A stretch of 64,000 bases of DNA. Origin: Mobula hypostoma (taxonomy: Eukaryota). The translations under genes and the position numbers were made by a program. The stretch spans positions 100,504,001 to 100,568,000 of the forward strand of contig NC_086097.1 in NCBI RefSeq assembly GCF_963921235.1. The letters run 5' to 3'. Below the pieces are notes generated by a model that searched no databases, was not told the DNA's origin, and saw only the letters and a list, made by a program, of their open reading frames with translations. Below, piece after piece: positions 1 through 10,557 of this stretch (positions are counted from its first letter, which is position 1; each line of letters starts with the position of its first letter).

Positions 1-159
1 GACTTAGATGATGCAGTCTGTACAGTACAGTGCAAGCACATTAAATTCAAATAAATTAAACAAAAAAATGGGAAAGAAAGAAATAATGAAGCAGCTGCAC
101 AGTTCCTCAACTTGGCAATCATGGGCAACCCACTCCAGGGTAGGAGTACTCACTTCTGA

Positions 160-857
160 GTCAAAAAACTATGGGCTGAAGATGGTGAAGGTGGCGTTTG
201 GCATGTCAGCCTTTATAAGTCAGGGCACTGAGTTCAGGAGTTGGAACATTATATTGTAATTGTGTAAAACTTTGGAGAGGCTGCAGCTGGAGTATCATGT
301 TCGCCTGCTGCGTTCACCAGCAACTTTGATGTGTGTAGCTGGAGTATTGTGTTCATTATGGTTACCATCATAGAAAAGTTGTCTTTAAGCTGGGCAAAAC
401 GCAAAGAAGATTTATAATAATGTTGCCAGGACCCGAGGTGCTGAGTTTTATATATATGTGGAGAGGCTCAACAATCTAGCAGTTTATTCCTTGAAGTGCT
501 ATTTTGGGTGACCTTACAAAGGCATATAGGGGCTTAGATAGGGTGAATGCACACTATCATTTTCCCAAAGAAGGGTTATAAAATACGGTGAGCAGAAAGA
601 CTTTAAAGTGTCCAGAGGGGCAAGTCCTTCACACAGGTAGTGCTAGTTATATGGAACAAGCTGCCAGAGGAAGTGGTTGAGACAGGCACAGTTATAACAT
701 TTAAACTAACATTTAGACAGGTACATACATAGGAAAGTTTCAGAGAGGTATGGACCAAAAGCAGGTAAATGGGACTAACTCAGGTTGTCATCTTGGTCAG
801 CATGAATGAGATGGGCCAAAGGATCTGTTTCTGAGTTGTACAGGTCTATGGTTCTAA
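160..857 (+). mobile_element. Degraded CR1-type LINE 3' end
   Basis: Translates to a decayed CR1 ORF2 C-terminal motif (VKVAFGMSAFISQGTEFRSW, cf. VKKANGMLAFIARGFEYRS in younger copies here); ends in a TCTATGGTTCTA tail. Confidence 0.75.
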
Positions 858-1439
858 GGTTCACTCCAGGAAACGGGGATTATACTCATCTGTGTATTAT
901 GGGAGTTAGAACCCCTAGCTTTTAGAGAAACCATTATAACTCGACCATACCTGTCCTTCAATGAAGACTAGTATTACCTATGGGACCACTCTGAGACAGA
1001 ATGTATATGTCAACAAGCTCCAGAGACTCACTGATTCTTCACTGATCCTTCAATGCTGTCAAGACTAACCATAGTTCAGGTGGCTTGACTAGGGTAGTCA
1101 CCACAGGGAAAACCATTGCCAATTTATCTCCTCCATGCAGGGGGTGAAAAACTACTCCAAATCTTAGTTGTTACTGTTTCATCAGAATGGCTGAGCATCA
1201 GGTCTGACAATTGGTCTTTGACCTGGAACATTAACAGTTTCATCTGCATGGATGCAGCGAGAGCCTGGTAAACGTCGGCCACGTCCCATTCCCAGGAGCC
1301 CTCCCTCCCATCAACAATGTCCATGCATCAGCACGGCTTTTGGTTGATGCATGTTTGAAGATCAAGGCATCAGATCCAGCACAAAACTCATGGTCCAGCA
1401 GGTAGCAGTGATCACTGCCCTCTGATATGTTTATGAGGC

Positions 1440-1960
1440 TCAGATTACCTACACCAGGCCTTCTGAAGAGGTAACACCAATGACATCTCTGTGAAATCCT
1501 CTAGCTTTCTGGCAGGAAGAGGCAATGGATATTTTCTAGTTTCCCAAGCCAATACCGCCAGCATTGAGGTTTTGTGTTGGACGTGCGGGTTGTGTTGTTT
1601 GCAACACCAGACTCCCACAGCGAGCATTCCATTGTGAGTCCTATCTTGGGGAGAGATGACTGGTGGACAGAGGAGAAGGTTCAGGGAGGTGCTCAGAGTG
1701 GCCCTTGAGGACCCGTGGCCCCCGATGGCTGAACAAGGAGAAGGAGCGCTGAGGACTTCGGGGCCACAGGTTGAGATCAAACAAGGTCTCTGGGTCGGCA
1801 GCACAGCACCTCACCAATGGGCCTGCCCACCCATCAGCTACCTCCTGCCCCATCTGTGCTGGGCTCCAAATTACCCACACCAACCCAAATCCACAAGACT
1901 GGAGTGGAAGCCAGGTAACCCTCCATGCTGAGGTACAGCCTGAGAGAGGAGCAAATTGTT
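1440..1960 (+). mobile_element. Ancient RTE-clade LINE 3' fragment
   Basis: Remnant motifs SQANTASIE, GGQRRRFREVLRVALE and a Cys-containing C-terminal stretch (TSCPIC) resemble the RTE/BovB ORF C-terminus; heavily degraded. Confidence 0.45.
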
Positions 1961-2799
1961 TAACAAGCACCACAGTTTTGTTTATGGGATCTTCAGATGC
2001 AAACAATTGCTGCCACATTTCCTACATCCCAATCAAAAAAATACAGCAGATGATAGAGTTTTGAAATAACAATGTTGAGCAACTTTTTATTTTTGTGTGT
2101 GTATCAAGTTTGGACATTTGTGTGATTAAGGCCAGCTTTCTCTCCGCATTGTAGACATGATCTATTGGTCATGCTACAGCCTCATTGTCTGCAACACATA
2201 CTTCAGACAAAGGCATGCTTGGTCTCGCCTTACTGAAGATATTCTTCTTGCTTTACACATCAACCTCCCTGTCTTCTCTTGAAGTGAAATCTGCTTGTTT
2301 TTCTTTTTTCCTCAGAAACATTGACTCTGTTTCTTCACTGGCAGATCCTACCTGACCTTCTGAGCATTGCTGCTATTTCCCATTCCCAGACATATCACAA
2401 GGGTGACGATATTCCACAAGTGTGTTATGGTTTGGAAGTGCTTCAGGACATACCAGGGGTGTGAAGGACATGATCGACAGCCTGTCCTATTTATACATCA
2501 CATCCCAGTTATGGAAAAATCTGGGCAAACTCATTGCGTATCAGAGCTTATCAGGAGCCTTTTAGCTCGCTGTGTTCCCAACAGATAACAAGCTGTCTTC
2601 AGCCAACATTCCCTGCCCCAGCCAAAGTCTGTAGTCATTCTCTAATTCAGCAATCGCATACTGACGGTGACGGCTTATCTTTGGAAGTTTCCACTGTCCC
2701 TGGAAGTATTATTTTCTACGAAGCCTCAGAGGACAGTGGCTACTTCCAAGATGGAATATGGATTGGGACTGGGATTGCTCGCCGAGGTGGTTCAGGAGT

Positions 2800-3618
2800 G
2801 GCCTAACCAAAGTGTTATACCGTACAACCACAATATGAATTGCCAAATTTTATGCTGAGTGCTCTGCAGATGAAGGCAAAAGCACTGCATTCACCACCTT
2901 TACCACTGTATCTTCTTGCATTGTCACTTTCAGTCAGCTATGGACTCGCACCCCAAAATCCCGCTGTACATCAGTATTTTTAAGGTCCTGTCACTTATTG
3001 TTTGTTTCCCTCTTGCAATTGACATATAAAAGTGCAAGATCTCACACTTGTCTGGATTAAATTCTATGTGTCATTTTTCTACCTACATTTCCACTGATTG
3101 ATATCCTTTGACAACCCTGCACACTGTCCACAACTCCACCAATTTTGTATCATTTGCAAACTTACCAATCAAAGCACCGACATTTGTGTCCAAATCAGCT
3201 ATACATATTTCAAACACCGATCTGTGTGGAACACTAACAGGAGAAAATCCACAGAAGCTGGAAATCCAAGCAACACATACAAATTGCTGGAGGAACTCAG
3301 CAGGCCAGGCAGCATCTATGGAACACTATTACTCACAGACCTCACAGACTCCACCACAACTACCCACTGTCTTTAGTGCTCAAACCAAGTTTGAATCCAA
3401 ACCACCAAATCTCCATGGATCCCATGTGCCTTAATCTTCTGGATGAGCCTAACATGAGGGGTTAAAAATGTTGCTAAAGTCTGTGTAACAACATCCAAAT
3501 CAAGTTTGCAAGGCGTGACCTCCACTGCACAACACCATGCTGACTTTTCCTAATAAGGCCATGCTTTTTCCAGATGCCTAAGAATCTTCTCCAATAATTT
3601 CCATAGCACTGATGTAAG
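2800..3618 (-). mobile_element. Old CR1 LINE fragment, host of both LTR insertions (continues at 9434-9680 and 14766-14990)
   Basis: Antisense CR1 RT sequence stops at ...cactgatgtaag (3618) and resumes after 9433; a Penelope tail piece sits inside at ~3225-3325. Confidence 0.6.
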
Positions 3619-4763
3619 TGTAACGCTTAGGACTATCGACTCACGTTTGTCTAGGGAAAACCCCATCCTCCCGTCAAATCATGCCTCACGTTTGCGTAGA
3701 TGCTGTGTAAAGCACCCCGGTACAAACTCACACATAAAATATCAGACAGCACACAAGGTATGATTAACTGATTACACTTTATAGATCTTAATGTGACTAT
3801 ATGGTTGATAGAGATACAAATCTACAGAATCTCCGGAGGGGAAGGCCCCAAGCCCTCGGCTTTGCTTGTTGCTCGGCGGCTGGGGCGGGGTCGAAGCGCT
3901 CGGCAGAGATGGTGCTCGGTGCTCAGTGTTGGAGGGCTGGTCGGAGGCTCGAAGTTTTTGGACAGACTCAGAGTCGGCTGCGGTCAGGTGCTTCTAATGC
4001 ATCAGCAAGTTTGTGGTGCTTGGAAGTTCATGGCAGGGAGAGGTTCTCCCTTCTACCGTCTGCGTGAGATGATGGGGCTGTCGGGACTTTGAGACTTCTT
4101 TTTATCGTGCCCATGGTCTGATCTTTATCAAATTACGCTATTGTTTTGCACTATTGTAAGTATATGTTATAATTATGTGGTTTTGTCGGTTTTAGTCTTG
4201 GTTTGTTCTGTGTTTCTGTGATATCTCTCTGGAGGAACATTGTATCATTTTTTAATGCATGCATTTCTAAATGACAATAAACGAGGACTAAGTGTCCTCA
4301 TAATCTACTCTACTCTAATCTAAATACAAAAGGAAAAGAAAAAGGCGCCAAACTTATCAGAGTTCAACCAATTCGTCCACAACCGTTGGAGCTCAATTAA
4401 CGGAGTCTTCTCTCCACCATTCGATCTCCTCCAACCTCCTCGACCCTCCAACTGGGACCAACCATGGTGATCTACCAGAGCGCATCCAGCACTTCCTTCC
4501 TCTTCATTCTTCCTCGCTGAAAAACCCCCAAGCCTGCGCAAACTAATAGCTTTCACACAGACAGAAAGAATAACATCTCTTCCAGTGGTTAGCAAACGAA
4601 TACAAGTCCCGTTATCACTAATTATAACCCAAACATGCTGCTACAGAGAACCTTACCTCATCAGTGAACATTACAGAGAAGCCATTTCATTTTAACACTG
4701 TGGAGAAGCCATTTCATTATTAGCAGTTAGCAGTTAGCAGTTAACATTACTGAGAACCCCACA
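3619..4763 (-). repeat. 3' LTR of Gypsy element 1 (contains a ~500-bp insertion)
   Basis: Begins tgtaacgct, ends gagaaccccaca; colinear with 8789-9433 apart from 3822-4321. Confidence 0.95.
3822..4321 (+). mobile_element. Non-autonomous retroelement (SINE-like or LINE 3' UTR) inserted in the 3' LTR
   Basis: Absent from the partner LTR; ends with AATAAA followed by a (TAATC/TACTC)n tail; AAAT duplicated on both sides. Confidence 0.75.
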
Positions 4764-4776
4764 TTCTGCCCCCACC
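4764..4776 (-). other. Polypurine tract of Gypsy element 1
   Basis: Minus strand reads GGTGGGGGCAGAA immediately before the 3' LTR. Confidence 0.8.
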
Positions 4777-4792
4777 GAATTTAGTCATGCCT

Positions 4793-6650
4793 TCATGACG
4801 TTCGGATAATTTGCCAACCCTTCCTGCAAAACACAGAGCCCAATCCAAGTGCAGAAGGCAGTGACACACTGTAACTCCCCAAAACAGTATAGATCACACC
4901 ATGATCCCCAGGTGCTACATAGGCCAATTTATCTGGGGGGTTCCTACTTCTCTGTGACCTGCGTACCCCCTCTTCTAACTCTTCCACCTCAGACACTACG
5001 GGGGACCCTTTGGAGCTACGGGGTGAACCTTCCCGCGAGGGGTCACTCAAACCCCTCCGCACCCTGGAATATTCTGTCTCTTGTTCAGGCCCCACTTCCT
5101 CTCCTCCAGAGTCCTGCTGTATGTCCAGCTGCCCACCCATAGCCCCCCTCACCTCACCTGATGCAGTGGGAGAAGGGCCTGGAGTCCCTTCCCCCGTCAC
5201 GGGGGAGTTAACGAATGGCAGCATGTACCATACATCCAAATCATTATCCTCTGAATCAGTATCCCTTTCAGGGGCTGGGCCCGGCCCAGGCTCCTTCGCG
5301 GTGGGCTCTTCCCTCGTCCCGCACTTCCGCAGAGTCCTCGTACTAGGGGTAGACTCCAAGTTGGGCTCTTGGTCTACCTGCACCTCTTGGCTCGGGGCAA
5401 CAGGTGGTTCCAATGGAGAATCTTGACAGGCCCCTTCCCGTCCTCAGGCCTCACCTGGAAAACCGACAGGTTTGGCATCTGACTTTCCACCACATAGGGT
5501 GCGGCCGCCCAGCGGTCAGCCAACTTGTGCTTTCCAGGTAGCCCCAAATTCCTTATGAGGACTCGGTCACCCGGCAGGACCTGGGAGAACTTCACTTTTT
5601 GATCATACCTTCTCTTATTTCCCCAATTCTGCTTAGCGGCTGCCACCCCAGCCAATTCGTAAGCCCTTTTCAGCTCTCTCCTCATATCAGACACATACTT
5701 CAGATAGTGCTTCGGCGGTATGTCACCCGCGTCAGTCCCGAAACAGAGGTCAGTGGGCAACCTTGCCTCGCGCCCAAACATCAGATAATAGGGCGAATAC
5801 CCAGTAGCCTCATTGCGTATACAGTTGTAACAGATGCCCAATATGTTGACTCCACCTGCTCTTTTTGCTGATCTTCAGAGTATGTCTAGCAAAGTCCAAT
5901 TAAACCTCTCAGGTTGTGGATCGCCCTGCAGGTGATAGGGCGTGGTCCTCGATTTCTCAACTCCCAGCATGTCCAGTAACTCATAGATGAGCTTACTCTC
6001 AAAATCCCGTCCCTGGTCACTATGTATCTGCCGGGGAAGGCCATAATGCACAAAATACTTCTCCCATAACACTTTCGCCACTGTTGTCGCCCTCTGGTCC
6101 TTGGTAGGAAAAGCCTGAGCATATCTAGTGTAGTGGTCCGTGATGACTAAGACATTCGCTGTGTTGCTGGCATCAGGTTCTATTGACAGGAAATCCATAC
6201 ACACCAGGTCCAGGGGCCCTGCACTCTGCAAGTGGGACAAAGGAGCGGCCTACACAGGCAGTGTCTTCCGGCGTGTGCAGCCAATGCACGACTTAAGTAC
6301 TCTTCAGTCTCCAACTTCATTCGAGGCCAGTAAAATCGGTCTTTGAGCAATCCATAGGTCTTCTCCACCCCCAAATGTCCAGACTCATCGTGCAGTGACT
6401 TCAACACAATCTTCCGATACTTCACAGGCAGGACCAACTGCCAACACCAAGGTTGGTCCGGGGGTGACGTTACCCGGTATAAAACCTGTTTCCTTAACTT
6501 CAACCGAGGCCATTCCCTCAGTAATGGAGGCACTGAAGCGTTTCGTCTTCTCCACCCACGCCATATCCCCCTTCTCCACCGCGTACCAAATGGTGCCAAT
6601 GTGCGGGTCACCTCGCTGAGCAGCTGCCACTTTCCCCGGACTCAATTCCA
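4793..6650 (-). pseudogene. Gypsy integrase (frameshifted)
   Basis: Zinc-binding region LHDESGHLGVEKTYGLLKDRFYWP; core DLVCMDF...IHSDQGRDFES...PERFN; TGYSPYYLMFGRE; RRSQRSRNPPDKL tail; split across ORFs 6180-6611, 5875-6240, 5374-5841, 4793-5413. Confidence 0.95.
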
Positions 6651-6759
6651 GCAGCTGTTTGGTCTTCAGAGCAGTCAGCTCACAGTAAACTGGGCATTGT
6701 CAGAAACACCCAATGGGTCCACTGCGCGATATGGCATCTCCTTTTCCTCAGCCTTCTCT

Positions 6760-7310
6760 GTGAAAGGTGATTTTTCTCTTCGTGGTGTTCCTGACAACCA
6801 CTGCCATCCTGTTCACCTGTACCACCGAGGGCCTCTGCACTTCGGGCCTCACCAGCATCCCAGACGGAAATCGCGACTCCCCCTCGAGGTCTTCTGGGGC
6901 GTCCACTAAAAGGGCCTTGCCATCAGGCACTCAAGGAAATCTGGGGGTTCCCATCACTCTCGCCACTTTCCCGGATCTCATTACCTTGGGCTTCGACTGG
7001 TGCACCACACAGTTCCTCGTTTAAATTCAGTATCTGACCCAGGGTGGCTCTGCACTTCTCAAAAGCAGCCGGAAACATTGGGTGCACAGCCCAGGTCTCA
7101 AAAGTTCTCATCCGCCCTCTCCTGACAGGTCCCCCATGAGCCTCCACACCACAGGGGTGTTGGTCCCCACCAGAATTGACGCACCACCCATCTCAACCGG
7201 TTCCGGACAAACCAGCACTAACGTCTCCAGAACTTCAGACATCCCACCTTGGCTTCTGAAAACTCCAGCCTCACAGACAAATACCCGTCATACGGATAAT
7301 CACCAGCACT
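6760..7310 (-). pseudogene. C-terminal half of retropepsin protease plus post-protease region
   Basis: Reads DYPYDGYLSVRLEF...ETLVLVCPEPVEMGGASILVGTN; no D-T/S-G active-site motif is visible upstream. Confidence 0.6.
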
Positions 7311-7314
7311 GACC

Positions 7315-8718
7315 TCACTGGGTCTCCTCTAAGTTTCCCGACACCTCTCCCTGCTTGGATGCCCGGGGACTCGCTCTCCGAGGGGCTCCCTGCTGCTCAC
7401 ATTCCCGCCGGAAGTGCCCCTCTTTCCCGCAGTTATAGCACACGCTACCGGCTACTCCTCTTCTCATGGACCCCTCCCCCCCGCCTCTCGCAGCCCTCTG
7501 CGCTGTCTGTCCCCTGGGGGAGGGGCCTTCCCTACCGACCCCTCAGTTATCAGCCTGGCCACCATCTCCTTTATCAATTTCCGGGTGGAGCCGGCCCCAC
7601 TCACTTCACCACCAGGGGCTACACCTGAGGATTTCACCCCACTGACAGGGTCCTCCCGCAGCCTGAAGGAGTTCTCATCCCCCCCCTCACCGCGGCCTCA
7701 ACACGTTCTTATCCCCCCTCACGTCTTTGAACAGCTGAACGAACGTCGGAGGGGGGCACATTTTATAGGACTGCCGGAGACTCCAAGCAATCTTGTCCTC
7801 AGCCTGGGCACCCCTAACTCCCTGAGCCATCCTTAATTGATCCACCTTTTCAGCCTGAATGACCCCCCCCACCCAGCGCCAGAGCCCCCCAAGCCGTCTC
7901 TCTAGCTGAAAGAGGTACGCGGAGAGCTTCTCACCCTTCTCCTGACGCATGTTTTGAAACTCCCCGAGGAGCTCTCGGTCAACCGAAAAGCACTTTCCAA
8001 AGCCTGCAGGTAGTCATTCCGAGTGACCGAAGGCTGGTTAACCTTTACGTCTCACACTACCCCAGCTGCCACTCCCCGCAAACTTTCAACCAATCTCTGT
8101 CGCTTTTCCTCATCCGAGCACTGCCACTCACTTAACAACTGCGACATTTGCTCTACCCATGTCTCATAATCCTCGTCACCTTCGGGGGTGGGTGTTATCC
8201 CCAAGAAAATTCTTATCTTCTGGAGGGGCCCCTCTATCCTTCTCACGAGGGAGGTAATTGCAGATGCCAACTCGGAACTCTCTCCTTTCGCTGGGGAATG
8301 GGAACTAACCAAATTTTCCAAATCTGACCACACCTTCCCTTCATCCCTCAGTACCAAGAGAATTTGTTCCCTAAGATCCCCACCCTCATCCGCTGGTGAC
8401 TCAGCTCGCTGAGCTCTGGCCCCCCCTCCCCGACTATTTGCAGGCTCCATGGTCCTGCCTCCCCGGGACACCAATCTCCTCCGGCAACTCTGCCCCTCCT
8501 ATGTCCTCACTTGTCTGCACCAACACTATGTCTGTACCTGCCTCAAAATCAAAGTTTCACGATACAATTTCCACTTTGCCAACCGCTTTAACCGTACTCA
8601 AACCTCGAAGTAACACATCATCCAATACATACACTGGTCTCCACCCCCCAAACACACATGCCTTGCTCACTGGCACGCTCACAGCTGCATACCATTGCCG
8701 AAATGCGGCGGCTGCCAT
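7315..8718 (-). pseudogene. PNMA-like Gag (capsid plus CCHC zinc knuckle), frameshifted
   Basis: IRIFLGITPTPEGDEDYETWVEQ...WQCSDEEKRQRLVESLRG; QEKGEKLSAYLFQLE; CYNCGKEGHFRREC at ~7400-7441; ATG at 8718. Confidence 0.9.
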
Positions 8719-8766
8719 CACCACTCTACTTTAAACAGCGTGGTCACACAGCATCCACAGAATACA

Positions 8767-8784
8767 ATCCCGGACGAGCCCCCA
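8767..8784 (-). other. Primer-binding site complementary to tRNA-Pro
   Basis: Minus strand TGGGGGCTCGTCCGGGAT, the 18-nt tRNA-Pro PBS known from murine leukaemia virus, 4 nt from the 5' LTR. Confidence 0.9.
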
Positions 8785-8788
8785 CAAA

Positions 8789-9433
8789 TGTAACGCTCAG
8801 GGCTATCGACTCACGTTTGTCTAGGGGAAACCCCGTCCGCCCGCCAAACCATGTCTCACGTTTGCATAGATGCTGTGTAATGCCCCCAGGTACAAACACA
8901 CACATAAAATATCAGACAGCACACAAGGTACGATTAACTGATTACACTTTATAAATCCTAATGTGACTATATGGTTAATAGAGATACAAATACAAAAGAA
9001 AAGAAAAAGGTGCCAAATTTATCAAAGTTCAACCAATTCATGCACAACCTTTGGAGCTCAATTAATGGAGTTTTCTCTCCACCATTTGATCTCCTCTGAA
9101 CTCCTCGACCCTCCAACTGGGACCGACTACAGTGGTCTACCAGAGCGCGTCCAGCACGTCCTTCCTCTTCGTTCTTCCTGGCTGAAAACCCCACAAGCCC
9201 GTGCAAACTAATAGCTTTCACACAGACAGAAAGAATAACATCTCTTCCATTGGTTAGCAAATGAATACAAGTCCCATTATCACTAATTATAACCCAAACA
9301 TGCTGCTACAGAGAACCTTACCTCATCAGTGAACATTACAGAGAAGCCATTTCATCTTAACACTGCAGAGAAGTCATTTTATTATTAGCAGTTAGCAGTT
9401 AATATTACAGTTAATATTACTGAGAACCCTGCA
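8789..9433 (-). repeat. 5' LTR of Gypsy element 1
   Basis: TG...CA, 645 bp, adjacent to the PBS. Confidence 0.95.
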
Positions 9434-9680
9434 TAAAGATCATGGGTCTATAGCTTCTTATTTCTATTTCCCTTCTTAAGAAAGGAAGACTATGAACTGT
9501 TCTCCAGTCCTCTGGGGTTTTGCCTTTAACTAAAGAAGAAACAAAGGTGTCTTGTCAAATCCCCAGCAATCTCATTTCTTGCCTCTATCAAAAACCTGGA
9601 ATAATGCCCATCAGGCCCTGGGATCATATTGACATTAATATTCTTCAACTGAGTCAACACCTCTTCCTTGATATCAACAT

Positions 9681-9915
9681 TAATACTTTCAGTAATATTT
9701 GAACAATCTTGTAAATACATTGTTTGATTAAGTATTTGCTGCTGTTTATATAATTCATTATAGCTATATGTAAAAATACGTAAATTGCATACATTATGAT
9801 GCTGCCACGTGATACGTGCATGCTTTGCATAAAGTAAACACCAAGTTAGATTCGCATTCCTGGCTCTTTTTTTCTTTTAATTAGTTTAATATTTTGAGGG
9901 TTACAAAACACAACA
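9681..9915 (+). repeat. 5' LTR of Gypsy element 2 (first ~10 nt missing)
   Basis: Homologous to 14531-14765, 17142-17377 and 35944-36086; ends CAACA. Confidence 0.75.
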
Positions 9916-10236
9916 GTCTATTTTTAAAATGAATGCAAGACGATTACCTACCTATTGAAGCACAGCGAGATGCTCAAGTTCAAACAAAGTACAGTGAGAA
10001 ATGGTCATTAAAATAAGCGTAGCATGTATTTTTTCTTTGGAGCAGCATGTTTTCTTCACAGTAAGAAAGAAACAATTGTATTTAAAAAAAAGGGCAGAAA
10101 ATGGAAGAATTCACAGGTTCATAAACAATGAGTACTGGGAGACAATAATCATTAGAAATGAACAGAAATGGCTGGCTACATCATAAAGAATGATGCACTT
10201 AGTTACACAACAGATAACTGGATATTGTATACGGAG

Positions 10237-10557
10237 ATGTTGCTGGGACTGGAGAACCTGAGTTATATGGAAAGATTTGATAAGTAAGGACTGTATTCCT
10301 GAGAATGTAGAAGATTGAGGGGAGATTATGAGGGGTATAGATAGGGCAAATGCAAGCACTCTTTTTCCACTGAGGTTTGGTGGGACTACAACCAGATGTC
10401 ATGGGTTAAGGGTGAAAGGTGAAAGGACTAAGGGAACATGAAGAGAAACTTCTTCACGCAGAGGATCGTGTGAGTGTGGAATGAGCAGCTAGCACAAGTG
10501 GTACTGTGAGCTCAATTTCAAAATTGAAGAGAAGTTTGGGCAGATATATGGATGGTA
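10237..10557 (+). mobile_element. CR1 3' fragment (continues 13490-13617)
   Basis: CR1 ORF2 C-terminal remnant; (CTATGACT)n tail at ~13600-13617; split by a younger CR1. Confidence 0.75.

Larger units (their letters stand above)
3619..9433 (-). mobile_element. Ty3/Gypsy LTR retrotransposon with PNMA-like Gag, internally deleted (no RT/RNase H)
   Basis: Two homologous TG...CA LTRs (3619-4763, 8789-9433), PBS, PPT, gag with CCHC knuckle, integrase; near-TSD TAAG (3615-3618) / TAAA (9434-9437). Confidence 0.95.

Noticed and set aside
8052..8474. Domesticated PNMA gene
   Set aside because: Frameshifted and lying between two LTRs with PBS and PPT; it is retroelement gag
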